Part shown: positions 9,992 to 19,874 of the stretch, piece after piece
Layout of the letters: every line of letters starts with the position of its first letter
How positions within the stretch are numbered: position 1 is the stretch's first letter
Translations under genes and position numbers: made by a program
The notes under the pieces: generated by a model
Database searches by the model: none
What the model saw: only the letters and a program-made list of their open reading frames with translations
Told to the model about the DNA's origin: nothing
Assembly: GCA_965261735.1 (NCBI GenBank)
Contig: OZ253470.1
Span: 3,456,001-3,520,000, forward strand
Source of the DNA: Alphaproteobacteria bacterium
Lineage (GTDB): Bacteria > Pseudomonadota > Alphaproteobacteria > SHVV01
Reading direction: 5' to 3'
Length of the DNA stretch: 64,000 nt

Positions 9992-12900
9992 ATGGCCGGC
10001 GTCTATTCCGCACCAAACAAGACAATGGCAACGACAACTATGGGGGTAGCGGTAATGGGGCTGGAGCGACAAGTGATCGCGGCGTGTGGTTCGGCCGTGT
10101 GCGGTGATGACCTCGCCATGGAAGTGCCGGTTCGTGGTCCGGCGGCGGCGTCGGTTGAGGCGAGTGAGGTAGCCATAAATAGTGAGAGCCGAGAACCGAG
10201 AGCTTCGGCGTGGTCTTGGTCGCCGTGGCGCGTCATGTCCTGGCTGAGCGGATACCCGTCCAGACAAGCGCATGAATCCCCGCACACACACGGCTCGTCC
10301 CTTTCTTCCCGTGACGACTGTCCCGCCGGCCCTCGGGCGGCAACCAACAATTCTGCCGGTCCGTCCAGACGTCCTCTAGCGTCGCAACAGTGCGAAGGCC
10401 GTGCTCATGGACGGCAAGTCCGGGCGTCGGCGTCAGAGCGTCGGCGCGGCCGGTGCCTCGCGGCGCGCGGCCTGGCGGCCGGGCTCCTCGTGACCGTCGC
10501 CGCGCTCCTAGCCCTGCCGCTGCCGGCGCAGGCGCAGAAGACCACCTTCGTCTCCAACACCGGTCAGAGCACCGATCCCGATGTCCGGGAAGTCGGTCCC
10601 CACGGACATCTCTGGCAACTTCAAGCACAGCAGTTCAGGACCGGCGACAATGAAGGCGGCTATACGCTCTCGGCAATTCAAGTCCGGGTAGATGATTTCG
10701 GGTCGAATTCTCGGCCAAAGGTGAGCATCTACACGACCTCATCCGGCAATCCCGGCACCAGCCTGTACGTGCTGACCAATCCGGCGACGCTTAACGACGA
10801 CGCGATCAACACCTTCAGGGCGCCGGCCAATGCGACCCTCGAAAAGGACACCAATTACTTCGTGGTGTTCGAGGAGCTGGGATCAGGCAGTAACCTTCGA
10901 TACGACTTGGAGGTCACGACCAGTAATGCCGAAGATTCGGGGAAGGCGAGCGGATGGAACATCGCCAACAGTTCGCGGCAGCGGGCTACGACTACTACAA
11001 CCTGGAGTGACCTTGCCGGCAAGCTCAAGATCGCCGTCAGGGGAACTCTCCCGCCTGCCCTCTCGATCGCGGACGCAAGCGCCGCCGAGAACGCCGGCCA
11101 CCTCCTGTTCGAGGTCACGCTCTCGCGAGCCTTCCAGAACACGGTGAAGGTCGGCTTCGAGACGATTTCGGGAGGCACCGCCACCGAAGGCGTCGACTAC
11201 CATGCTCGTCGCACCTACACCCACGTCATTCTGGCGGGAGATAAGACCGCGCAGATGGGCTTCGCGCTCATTGAGGACACAGTCGCCGCCGCCGGGGAGA
11301 CGGTGAAGGTAAAGCTCAGCAACGCGCGCGTGGTCGATGCGTACGGCGACAAAATAAAGGACCTCGACATCACGAGGGCCGAGGCGACGGGAACGATCAC
11401 CGCGCCGCCGACCACCACGACCAACGTGCCGGGTCTGACCATTGAGATCCGAGACGCGACCGGGGACGAGGACAACGGGTACCTCGATTTCAGAGTCAGG
11501 CTCTCGCGGAAGCATGACGACTATGTGTGTTACGACTTCGAGACCATCTCGGGCGGCACCGCCACGGAAGGAACGGACTACCTCAAGTTCCCGAAAGCCA
11601 CGTACTGGATGCAGATCGGAAAACGGGTGGACAAGCCCTTCGTCCGCATCATCGACGACTCGATGAACGATAACGGCGAGACCGTGAAGGTCAAGATCAG
11701 CAATGCACGCGTGTGCGGTGACACATCGGAGACGGTCTCGATCACGAGAGCCGAGGCGACCGGAACAATCAGGAACAGCGACCCGCTGCCGCGGGCTTTG
11801 ATGGCGCGCTTTGGCCGCACCGCGGCCGAGCATGTGTTAGACGGCGTGCAAGCGCGGCTGGCCGCGCCGCGCAACCCCGGGATGCAAGCCAACGTCGCGG
11901 GGTTGTGGAACCTCGGCACGGCGGCGGATACGAGGTCGGATACACTGGCGGATACACCGGCGGATACGGCCCTGGCCGGGTCCGGTGAGACGGCGCCGAA
12001 GGACGGCCTGCGGGCACACTCGGACTGGATAGCGGGCGGTTTGGCCGGGACGGATCCCGGCACGTCGGCGGCGCTCAGCCTGACCGCGCGCGATTTGATC
12101 ACCGGGAGCGCGTTCGCGGTCACCGGCGAGACCGGCGGCGGCGGGTTCGCAGCCGTGTGGGGCCGGGGCGCGTATTCGAGCTTCTCGGGGCAGGACAGTG
12201 GCGTCACCCTCGACGGCGAGTTGACCACGGCGATGCTCGGGGCCGACTACGCCTCCGGGCGCTGGATCGCGGGGGGTTCGCTGAGCGTCAGTGAAGGCGA
12301 AGGGACCTACGGGCTGGACGGCACGGAAGGCGAACTCGATTCCTCGCTGACCGGCGTCTACCCCTATGTCGGCTACGATATTAACGAACGGCTGTCGGCC
12401 TGGGGCGTGGCCGGTTACGGGGAGGGCAACATCAAGCTGACCCAGCCGGACACCACCGAGACCATCCGCACCGGTATCGATCTGGCGATGGTGGCGGTGG
12501 GGGCGCGGGGCGACCTCATGCCCCGGACGGAGGCGGCGGGCTTCGATCTCGCGCTGACCACGGATGCGCTGATGGTGCGCACCACCTCGGCGGCGGCGGA
12601 CGGTCTGGCGGCGTCGGCGGCGGACGTGAGCCGGCTGCGGCTCGGGCTTGACGGCTCGTGGCTGGTGGCACTCGACAGCGGCGCATCGCTTGCGCCGTCC
12701 ATCGGGATCGGCATGCGCCATGACGGCGGCGACGCGGAGACCGGCTTCGGCATCGATCTCGGCGGCGGCCTCGCCTACGCCGATGAGCAAAGCGGGCTCG
12801 GTTTGGAATTGAACGCGCGCGCGTTGCTGGCCCACGAGGATGAGAACTTCCGCGAATGGGGTGTGTCGGGTGCGTTGATCTTCGATCCGGACCCATCCTC

Positions 12901-13264
12901 GGACCGTGGCCTGTCGCTCAGTGTCGGTCCGTCCTGGGGCGCGTCGTCAACGGGCGGCGCGGAGGCGTTGCTGGGACCCGAGACGATGTCGGGCCTGGCG
13001 CTTGACAATACCCCGCCGCCGGGCGGGCGGCTCGGCGTGGAGGCGGCCTGGGGCTTCCCGGCGCTCGCCGGGCGCTACACCGGAACGCCCTATCTCGGTC
13101 TCGGGCTGCGGGAGGGCGGACGCGATCTCCGTCTCGGCTGGCGGCTGGGCGCGGTGCGCCGCGAAGGCCTCGAACTTGCGCTTGGCCTGGAAGGAACGCG
13201 CCTTGAGAGCAATGGCAGGTCGCCCGAGCACGGGGCCACGGTGCGCCTGATGCTGCGCTGGTGA
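9992..13264 (+). CDS. Autotransporter-like adhesin with two Calx-beta-like repeats (start uncertain, possibly later)
   Basis: Signal-like LLVTVAALLALPLPAQA; repeated FETISGGTATEG.DY; ARFGRT linker helix; beta-barrel-type C-terminus ending LMLRW. Confidence 0.85.
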   Translation: MAGVYSAPNKTMATTTMGVAVMGLERQVIAACGSAVCGDDLAMEVPVRGPAAASVEASEVAINSESREPRASAWSWSPWRVMSWLSGYPSRQAHESPHTHGSSLSSRDDCPAGPRAATNNSAGPSRRPLASQQCEGRAHGRQVRASASERRRGRCLAARGLAAGLLVTVAALLALPLPAQAQKTTFVSNTGQSTDPDVREVGPHGHLWQLQAQQFRTGDNEGGYTLSAIQVRVDDFGSNSRPKVSIYTTSSGNPGTSLYVLTNPATLNDDAINTFRAPANATLEKDTNYFVVFEELGSGSNLRYDLEVTTSNAEDSGKASGWNIANSSRQRATTTTTWSDLAGKLKIAVRGTLPPALSIADASAAENAGHLLFEVTLSRAFQNTVKVGFETISGGTATEGVDYHARRTYTHVILAGDKTAQMGFALIEDTVAAAGETVKVKLSNARVVDAYGDKIKDLDITRAEATGTITAPPTTTTNVPGLTIEIRDATGDEDNGYLDFRVRLSRKHDDYVCYDFETISGGTATEGTDYLKFPKATYWMQIGKRVDKPFVRIIDDSMNDNGETVKVKISNARVCGDTSETVSITRAEATGTIRNSDPLPRALMARFGRTAAEHVLDGVQARLAAPRNPGMQANVAGLWNLGTAADTRSDTLADTPADTALAGSGETAPKDGLRAHSDWIAGGLAGTDPGTSAALSLTARDLITGSAFAVTGETGGGGFAAVWGRGAYSSFSGQDSGVTLDGELTTAMLGADYASGRWIAGGSLSVSEGEGTYGLDGTEGELDSSLTGVYPYVGYDINERLSAWGVAGYGEGNIKLTQPDTTETIRTGIDLAMVAVGARGDLMPRTEAAGFDLALTTDALMVRTTSAAADGLAASAADVSRLRLGLDGSWLVALDSGASLAPSIGIGMRHDGGDAETGFGIDLGGGLAYADEQSGLGLELNARALLAHEDENFREWGVSGALIFDPDPSSDRGLSLSVGPSWGASSTGGAEALLGPETMSGLALDNTPPPGGRLGVEAAWGFPALAGRYTGTPYLGLGLREGGRDLRLGWRLGAVRREGLELALGLEGTRLESNGRSPEHGATVRLMLRW

Positions 13265-13340
13265 AATTTAGATTAGCTCTCTGAGCTGGAGTGGCCAACG
13301 AGGTTTGACGGAAGGTTAACGGTAAGCGGGAGAGTTAACG

Positions 13341-13572
13341 ATGTCGGAGACTGGAGCGGCTAGGGCGTGGCAGTTTCTTAAACGCAACCCGGATTATCTT
13401 GCGAAGTGGCGCAACACGGCGGACGGGGCGCCGGCCATCAAGGCGGCGCCCTTTCCGCTGCGATCACAACCGCCGGCCGACCTCAAGGCCGCTGCGTGGG
13501 GAGTGCTCGCCTGGGAGGTCCCCTCGCTGCCAACGGCCCGGTCTCGCCGTTCTGGGCCGAGGCGCCGATGCT
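13341..13572 (+). pseudogene. DUF6499/DUF2285 (FseA-like) activator, N-terminal remnant
   Basis: AWQFLKRNPDY motif, WG(V/L) motif, then frameshifted PVSPFW; cut by an IS21-like end. Confidence 0.6.
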
Positions 13573-13675
13573 TGTTAATCGGCGTGGAATATTGACCCCC
13601 TATCGGGGGTAATCGGCGTCCACTTCATCAATATTGCACGCCGATAGGGGGTCAAACTTCAAGGCTGAATGATAC
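13573..13675. mobile_element. About 100-bp element made of two facing IS21-like ends
   Basis: Begins TGTTAATCGGCGT; 15-bp inverted repeat TTGACCCCCTATCGG (13592-13606) / CCGATAGGGGGTCAA (13641-13655). Confidence 0.55.
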
Positions 13676-13697
13676 GTAGCGACGAGCGCGATGCATG

Positions 13698-16600
13698 CTA
13701 CATGCCCATGCTGCGTCCCCGGGATCTTTTGTGGGTCTGGCGCTCTTCTTCCTCGGCCGTTTCGCGTTTATTGGAGTGGCGCTCAACATAGTCGTCCAAT
13801 TCCTTTTGCGCCGCCTTGCGTTCTTCCCCCGTTGCGTTATACGCGGCTGACTGCAGCCGGCTGAACTCTTGGGCCTCCCTTTCCGCCCGGCGCTGGCGGT
13901 CCTCGTGCGTCTCCCGCGGTGCGGATTGTTCGCTTTGACGCTCTCTTTCAGCGGTCTCCGATATCTGCCTGTCGTCCCTGCCGATCAATCTACCGATATC
14001 GGTGAGCGCCCAGCGCATGTGCTCCAGGCCGAGCGGGATGCCGTTGAGATGGGAGGCGTAGGTATCATGATCGTCCATGATACGTTGGCCGGTCTCGGCC
14101 AGCCTGTCGATGTCCGCCCGCCACCTGTCATAGCCGGTGAGACCGGTAACTGGTTTGTTTAAATCGATCGCGACGGTTTCCAGCACCTGGGTGCGATATT
14201 CCTGCCGGTCCTTGACCGCCGCGAGGTAATCCTCGATTTCACGGCGGGTTTGGGTCCCTTCGTCGAGTTGGGCCAGCACGTTTCCGAGCGACCGGCGCGG
14301 ACGATCTTCAAGGGCCGGGTTTTCGGCCAACGCTTCCATGCGCGCGCGGAGTTGTTTATAGCCGTCAATATATATGGCATGGACACCAGCCCGTTCCGCG
14401 GTCGCGAGGTGACGGCTCCAGTCCTGTCGCAATGCCGAATAGGTGTCCCAGGCGATCTGTTCTTCCGTGGGTACGGACGGTTTGTCCACTGCCGGAGGAT
14501 CTCCGGCAAAGTTCCGTTCGGTTGGCATGACAACAGTTTCAATCGGGGGTGAAGCCTGCTCCGGGGTATGCCGTCTGCCATCGTCCGGTCCGGCCGGTTG
14601 AATGTGCCCGGCTGGCACGCTGCCCGCTGTCTCGGCGACTTCGCCCCTGATCGGCGACACTCCCTGGCGTATCTCCGGTTCGAGCCCCTGTTGTTCCGCT
14701 TCCTTCTTCATCCGATGTACGTGGCGCATCGTGGCCGCGCGCCGGTGGCGTCGCGCCCGTGTAAGGAGATCCTCGAAGGCGTCGAGATCCTTGCGCCCGA
14801 TACCACCGCGTTCTTCCAGCAGGGAGGCGAAGTCGTCCGGCCGGGCGCGGAAGGTCTCGGCCTGTTTCAGCAACACCGCATGGCGGGTGAGCGTCTCCTG
14901 GAAAGCAGGCCCAAGCGCCACGGCATCGCCTTGCGTGCGAGTGCGCTCGCGCAGATCGTCGTATGCCGCCAGAATTTCCTCACGGCCAGCGGCGAAGGTG
15001 GAGACAGCCTGGGCATGACGCCAGCCGAAGGCGGTGCGCCGGACATCCCGCGCGATACGGGCCAGGGCGTTGTCGTTCGCCGCTGCCAGGGCTTCCGGCG
15101 GTCCTCCCTGAGTTTCTTGGATTGACCGGGAATTGATTCTTCGGACATGCTCTCGCCGGTCTTCCCATATGCCATCGGCCATGTAGTCGAGCGCCGCTTC
15201 TTTGGGTTGCGAGCGCGACCAGCGCTCGGCCAGATAGGCACGGATCTCGGTGTCCGTCACCGCAACTTCCCGGTCGTTGTCCGCTCGCCTGTCGGCAATA
15301 TCGAGAGCAAGCGGTGCCCGGTTAACGTAAATGTCGAGCCCTTCGCGATGGCGCGTAGCCGCCGGATAGATGGTTTCACGCGCCGGCCTTGCATCGGCCA
15401 GCAGGAATGTCCGGTCAACGGTCAAGCCCTGGGCCGAGGTAATAGTGAGCGCATAACCGTGATCGAGGCGGATATTGCCGTACCAATCGCGGATCTCATC
15501 GTGGTGAAAGCTGACTTTTCGTCCGTCCTCTGTATGGCCAGAAATCAAGACACTCGGCTCCGTACCGGCCTCACCCCTCTCAACCTTGAAGTCCTCCACC
15601 GTGACCACGGTGCCGTTGAACAACTGCTTCTCCCAGTGGGTGGCGCCGATGCGCAACCGGTCGCCGCGCACGATCTCCAGCGGAGAGGTTGTTCGCTCGT
15701 CTTCCGTACCCCTGCTTACAATAACCGTCACCCGGTCCGTATCAGCGCGCTCTCCATCCGTCAGCACGGCGAAACGGCGTTCCCGCATCAGATGCGACAG
15801 CGCCCGCACCTCGGCCCGCGTGCGCGCCAGCACCACGGTGGACTTGCCGGGGTTCGCCCGCTGGTAGCGGTCCCAGTCATCAACCAGACCGGTCAGCGTC
15901 TTTTCTTCGTCGTACCCGATATGGAACCGGCCTCTTGCATGGTGACCCGCGATGGCCGATGCCGCGTCGCCGTCGCGCAGCGCCTCCGACGCGGCAACCT
16001 GCCACGGCGTGAACTCGGGTTTCTCCTCTATTGATTCGTAATCCGAGAGAATGCGGGCGCGTCCCTGCTCACCCATAAGCCCTGCCTGGAACCGCGCAGC
16101 CTCCGGTGTTTCGCCGTGGACATGAACCAGGATATCCTCAAGGTCTGACTTTTGCCGCCGTATGCGGTCCACCCGCACGCTGCCAACGGCGTCACGGATC
16201 AACCTCAACCCCGGTCCCGCTTCCACCGGTTGTTGCTGGTGCGTGTCGCCCGCGAAGACGATTTTCGCTCCATGGCGTTCTGAGAGCCTGAGAATATGAT
16301 GGGCCTGGCGGGTCGACAGCATCCCCGCTTCGTCGACAATAATAGTGGTATTTCCATCGATCTCGATGCCGCCCCGCGCGGCGAGGCGCAGCAGCTTGTC
16401 GACGCAGAACGGCCGCGCATCGACGTCATTGCCCAACGCCACTGCCGTCCGCCAGGCCACGGCGGTGGCGATAATGCTCTGTCCATGTTCACGGTAGAGA
16501 TCGGCGATTGGCCGGAGCGTAGTGGTCTTGCCCGAGCCCGCTGCCCCCTCGATGATGGCAACCCTCCCACCGGATGAGCTGACCGTCCGTATTGCCGTGA

Positions 16601-17948
16601 TCTGTTCTTCGCTCAACGGATAACCCGCCTTCAGCAGTCCCGTCACCTTTGTCTCGATTGCCTGGGCGGATAGGGAATGTCCCGTACCGACGGCCATTCC
16701 TGCCGCCATGTCACGGACTTCAAGCTCCATTTGGAGATTGTGACGGGTTGAATAGAGCCTGGTATGCGCCATGTCGGCCCGGCCTTCGGCCGACCGTGGC
16801 GGGCGGGTCAGGCGCACGATCTCTGGGCTCAGAAGCACACGTTCGATGCTTGTCGCAACCGCATCACGGTTCAGGAGACCGGCGGTGGCATTGCCCACCC
16901 GCTCGACGATATCCGGCAGGCGGAACACCGCCTCCTCGCGCGTGAGGCGTTCCGGCAGTTCTTCCAGCACTTCCGTCAGGTCTCGGATTTGTTGCTGCGT
17001 TATCTCTTCGGCCTTGCCCAAAAGCGAGACGATCAGCACTTCGCGCTCGACATACCCCTCCGCTTCGCCTCGCCAGCGCCGGTGGCGAATTTCAGGATCA
17101 TTGTCGGGCGACTTTCCGGCCCGTGTGATCTTGTTCGCCGCCGCTGCCCGCGGCGCGTTGCCCTCGACCGTAAAGCCCATCTCCCGGGCCGCTTCGATAA
17201 TCGCCGCCCGGCGCTTCGACCAGTGACCGATCAGGTCCCCGGGCATGCCTGCAATGCGCGTGAACTCTCCATCCTTCCCATATTGTTCGATGCGGATGCC
17301 GAGACGTTCTTGGAGGCTCCATGCCATGGCATTGCGGTAGACCGCTCCCGCCGCCTTCATCCAGGTGTAGACCGGGTGCTGGTGCAGTGCCCGGTACTTG
17401 CCGTCCCGGTGTGTGCGGGCGGCATTGAAGATCACGCAGTGGGTATGCAGTTGCGGGTCGTTGTCCCGGCTGGTTCCATGTTGGAACATCGCGGCCGATA
17501 TATCGGCGGGCAGCACCTCGATCTCGCCGTCCCGGTTACGGATGCGGGTATAGGCGCAATGCCTCAGCACTGTTTCCTCCAGCGCTACCCGAGCCGCATC
17601 TTTATGCGCCTGCTCGATATCGGAACGCAGATCAGGATCGGCGACAGCCCATAACGCTGAGACGCTCTTGTCGGCGCTGAAGGTCATGTCGAGACCCGCC
17701 GAGCGCCGCTCGCTGCCAGCGTTTTGTGTGAGCTTGCCTCCGGTGTTCGGTGCGAAGCCGTTGTACAGCCGGTGGAAGTCGCTGCTGTCGACCTTGCCGT
17801 GGTCGGCAAGGCCGAACAGGCCCTTCGGATTGAACCAGACGCCATCCGGTTCTTCTCCCGCTGTGTAGTACTCATTGGGATGACGAAAGGAGCGCTGGCT
17901 CTCCAGGTAATAGGCGGCCGATGCCGCTTGGGCCAGAGTGGCTACCAT
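13698..17948 (-). CDS. MOBF (TrwC/TraI-type) relaxase fused to a RecD-like SF1 helicase
   Basis: Two YY pairs (AAYYL...EYYT), DMTFSADKSVS, HGTSRDNDPQLHTH, GAAGSGKTT, IIVDEAGM, HGYALTITSAQG. Confidence 0.95.
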   Translation of the reverse strand: MVATLAQAASAAYYLESQRSFRHPNEYYTAGEEPDGVWFNPKGLFGLADHGKVDSSDFHRLYNGFAPNTGGKLTQNAGSERRSAGLDMTFSADKSVSALWAVADPDLRSDIEQAHKDAARVALEETVLRHCAYTRIRNRDGEIEVLPADISAAMFQHGTSRDNDPQLHTHCVIFNAARTHRDGKYRALHQHPVYTWMKAAGAVYRNAMAWSLQERLGIRIEQYGKDGEFTRIAGMPGDLIGHWSKRRAAIIEAAREMGFTVEGNAPRAAAANKITRAGKSPDNDPEIRHRRWRGEAEGYVEREVLIVSLLGKAEEITQQQIRDLTEVLEELPERLTREEAVFRLPDIVERVGNATAGLLNRDAVATSIERVLLSPEIVRLTRPPRSAEGRADMAHTRLYSTRHNLQMELEVRDMAAGMAVGTGHSLSAQAIETKVTGLLKAGYPLSEEQITAIRTVSSSGGRVAIIEGAAGSGKTTTLRPIADLYREHGQSIIATAVAWRTAVALGNDVDARPFCVDKLLRLAARGGIEIDGNTTIIVDEAGMLSTRQAHHILRLSERHGAKIVFAGDTHQQQPVEAGPGLRLIRDAVGSVRVDRIRRQKSDLEDILVHVHGETPEAARFQAGLMGEQGRARILSDYESIEEKPEFTPWQVAASEALRDGDAASAIAGHHARGRFHIGYDEEKTLTGLVDDWDRYQRANPGKSTVVLARTRAEVRALSHLMRERRFAVLTDGERADTDRVTVIVSRGTEDERTTSPLEIVRGDRLRIGATHWEKQLFNGTVVTVEDFKVERGEAGTEPSVLISGHTEDGRKVSFHHDEIRDWYGNIRLDHGYALTITSAQGLTVDRTFLLADARPARETIYPAATRHREGLDIYVNRAPLALDIADRRADNDREVAVTDTEIRAYLAERWSRSQPKEAALDYMADGIWEDRREHVRRINSRSIQETQGGPPEALAAANDNALARIARDVRRTAFGWRHAQAVSTFAAGREEILAAYDDLRERTRTQGDAVALGPAFQETLTRHAVLLKQAETFRARPDDFASLLEERGGIGRKDLDAFEDLLTRARRHRRAATMRHVHRMKKEAEQQGLEPEIRQGVSPIRGEVAETAGSVPAGHIQPAGPDDGRRHTPEQASPPIETVVMPTERNFAGDPPAVDKPSVPTEEQIAWDTYSALRQDWSRHLATAERAGVHAIYIDGYKQLRARMEALAENPALEDRPRRSLGNVLAQLDEGTQTRREIEDYLAAVKDRQEYRTQVLETVAIDLNKPVTGLTGYDRWRADIDRLAETGQRIMDDHDTYASHLNGIPLGLEHMRWALTDIGRLIGRDDRQISETAERERQSEQSAPRETHEDRQRRAEREAQEFSRLQSAAYNATGEERKAAQKELDDYVERHSNKRETAEEEERQTHKRSRGRSMGM

Positions 17949-18132
17949 GACGCCAACTCGGTAACGACATTGCCGGATAGGGATGCAACCTGGCCGGAGT
18001 ACAGCTGGAATATGATTGTCGTAGCTCTCATGATTCCAGCCTTGGGAATTCCTGTATTTTACAGAGGCTCAACGAAATGGCCGCGCGGTCTTTACAAATC
18101 CGGGCAAAGTTCATTACATTTATCGAGATCAA

Positions 18133-18160
18133 TGCACCTTGGTGCAGAGGTGTGCCTGCG
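18133..18160 (+). other. Candidate oriT/nic site
   Basis: TGCACC-TT-GGTGCA inverted repeat followed by GAGGTGT|GCCTGC, between divergent relaxase and accessory genes. Confidence 0.45.
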
Positions 18161-18352
18161 TTAGAACTACTCGACATGTTTCGCGAGAGGATATAGACTG
18201 CGAAAAAGGGAATCAAGGGGAAGATTGGCCCTGCCTTGGAACGGGGCGGGACATTTGAATTGGCCAGTCGAAGGGTGGAATTGACCGGCTGTCGGGCCAA
18301 TCGCAGAATCCGGGCATGATCGCGGATTCCGGAAACAACGGGGAGATGGACG

Positions 18353-18655
18353 ATGCCGGCGAAACGCTTCAACGAAGCGGATATCGACTTCGATGCTATA
18401 GACGGTGAATTGGCTAAACTTGTGCCGCCGAAGCTGAGCCTGGCGGATGTGCTGGACCGTCTGCGGAAGCGATTGGTCGAGCAACAGGCCAAGGGCGTTA
18501 CGGTGGCTCAAATGCATGAGGTGTTGAAATCGGGCGGCATCGAAATCACGGAGCGCAGTCTGCGAACGTTTCTGGATAAGGGCGTGTTGCCGGGAAGGAA
18601 GGTTGCCGAGGCTGCCAGGGCCATGGTGTCCGAAGAAGGCAAAGATCCGTTCTAA
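18353..18655 (+). CDS. Small putative relaxosome accessory/DNA-binding protein
   Basis: GGAG RBS; divergent from the relaxase; helical GVTVAQMHEVLKSGGIEITERSLRTFL. Confidence 0.65.
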   Translation: MPAKRFNEADIDFDAIDGELAKLVPPKLSLADVLDRLRKRLVEQQAKGVTVAQMHEVLKSGGIEITERSLRTFLDKGVLPGRKVAEAARAMVSEEGKDPF

Positions 18656-18897
18656 GACGAATGACGGCGCACATGGGTTCGTCGTGGCGATTTTCCGGAT
18701 GTGGATAGTGAAGTTGCAATGGGGGATGGCCGGGCGCTAGCGTGGCGCTTCAGCGCCCGCGTACGGCGATGGCGCGAAGCGCCGAGCCGATCGGCGGCGA
18801 TGCATCGTTCGAAGAACGGCGAGCCGCCAGCGAGCGTAAGCTCGCACGGTTGGCGGTGGCGCGAAGCGTCCCGCCATGGGTTTCTACTCTAACCAAC

Positions 18898-18948
18898 CGG
18901 CACAAAAAAAGGCCGATCCCGCGCCGAGTGGTGGCTGGGACCGGCCCT
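18898..18948 (-). terminator. Intrinsic terminator after the DUF2493 gene
   Basis: GC-rich stem followed by T7 on the minus strand; similar to 21386-21445. Confidence 0.55.
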
Positions 18949-18959
18949 TAAGGGTATCG

Positions 18960-19874
18960 TCAGGCGGCGGCGAGAAGAACGGGGATTCCGATCTTGCGTG
19001 CCTTGTCGATCATGTTGTTGGTGATGCCAGAGCCGGGGAGGGCGACGAGGCCCTTCGGCAGGAAGTTCAGCAGGACGTCGTTGCGTCGGAAGGGCGCGGC
19101 CTTGCCATCTCGATCCCAATTCGGTTTGCATACGACCTGGTGGACGCCGTTCTTCTCGGCCCAGCTTGCCGCGATCTTCTCCGCACCGGGTCCGCCGCCG
19201 TGCAGCAGGACCATATCTTCGTACTTGATCTTGATGCTGTCCAGCGAGCGCCAGATGGCGTTGACGTCGTCGAAGTCCTTGCCGCCGGTGAAGGCGACCA
19301 AGGTGCCCTCGGGCAGATGCGCGGAGGTTTCACGATCCTTGCGGGCGCGCAGGTAGTCACGGGCGTCGATGGCGGCTGAGGTGAGTTTACCGGTCTGGCT
19401 GCTGTGCGATCCGTTGCGCGGACGCCAGGTGTCGCCGGTCTCGGCGCGGTATCCCTCGGCGGCGAGGTCGCGCATGGCCTCGAAGGCGTCGCGGCGATCA
19501 CCAAGGTTCTGGACCCGGTCGGTGAGGAGTTCCAGTTCGCGCGACTTGATCTCGGAGCCGTCCTGTTCCTGGCCGAGGTCTTTCATCTCGGGCGCGATCT
19601 TGTCGACGCCGCGGTCGAGGCGCTGGACCTGGGCGTGCAGTGCATTGACGAAGCCCCAGAGGAGGCTCTCGCGTTCGTCGGCGAGTTGCGTGCCGTCCGG
19701 TGCGACCACACCGGCCAGGATGTGGATGGCTTCCTCGATCCCGGCAAGCGCCTCGTCCCCGTTCCAAATCTCGCGGTTGTCTAACTCATCTCGACCGGGG
19801 GTCGCGCCGAACAGGGCGGCCTGTTCGCATGCCATTGCGGTCTGTGACGTTTCGGTGCTGATGAAGTTCTGCAT
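18960..19874 (-). CDS. DUF2493 (SLOG/YspA-like) domain protein
   Basis: VAFTGGKDF...LLHGGGPGAEKIAASWA...AAPFRRND...LPGSGIT; start MQNFIS with GGAG RBS. Confidence 0.85.
   Translation of the reverse strand: MQNFISTETSQTAMACEQAALFGATPGRDELDNREIWNGDEALAGIEEAIHILAGVVAPDGTQLADERESLLWGFVNALHAQVQRLDRGVDKIAPEMKDLGQEQDGSEIKSRELELLTDRVQNLGDRRDAFEAMRDLAAEGYRAETGDTWRPRNGSHSSQTGKLTSAAIDARDYLRARKDRETSAHLPEGTLVAFTGGKDFDDVNAIWRSLDSIKIKYEDMVLLHGGGPGAEKIAASWAEKNGVHQVVCKPNWDRDGKAAPFRRNDVLLNFLPKGLVALPGSGITNNMIDKARKIGIPVLLAAA

Noticed and set aside
13490-13530. Programmed +1 frameshift as in msi172-msi171 (FseA)
   Set aside because: TGG GGA GTG is present but the TTT.C slip site is not. The continuation needs a one-base insertion, and the gene is truncated anyway.
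1-18655. Self-transmissible ICE with a full type IV secretion system
   Set aside because: No mating-pair-formation genes are in this window; they may lie upstream, so this is undetermined.
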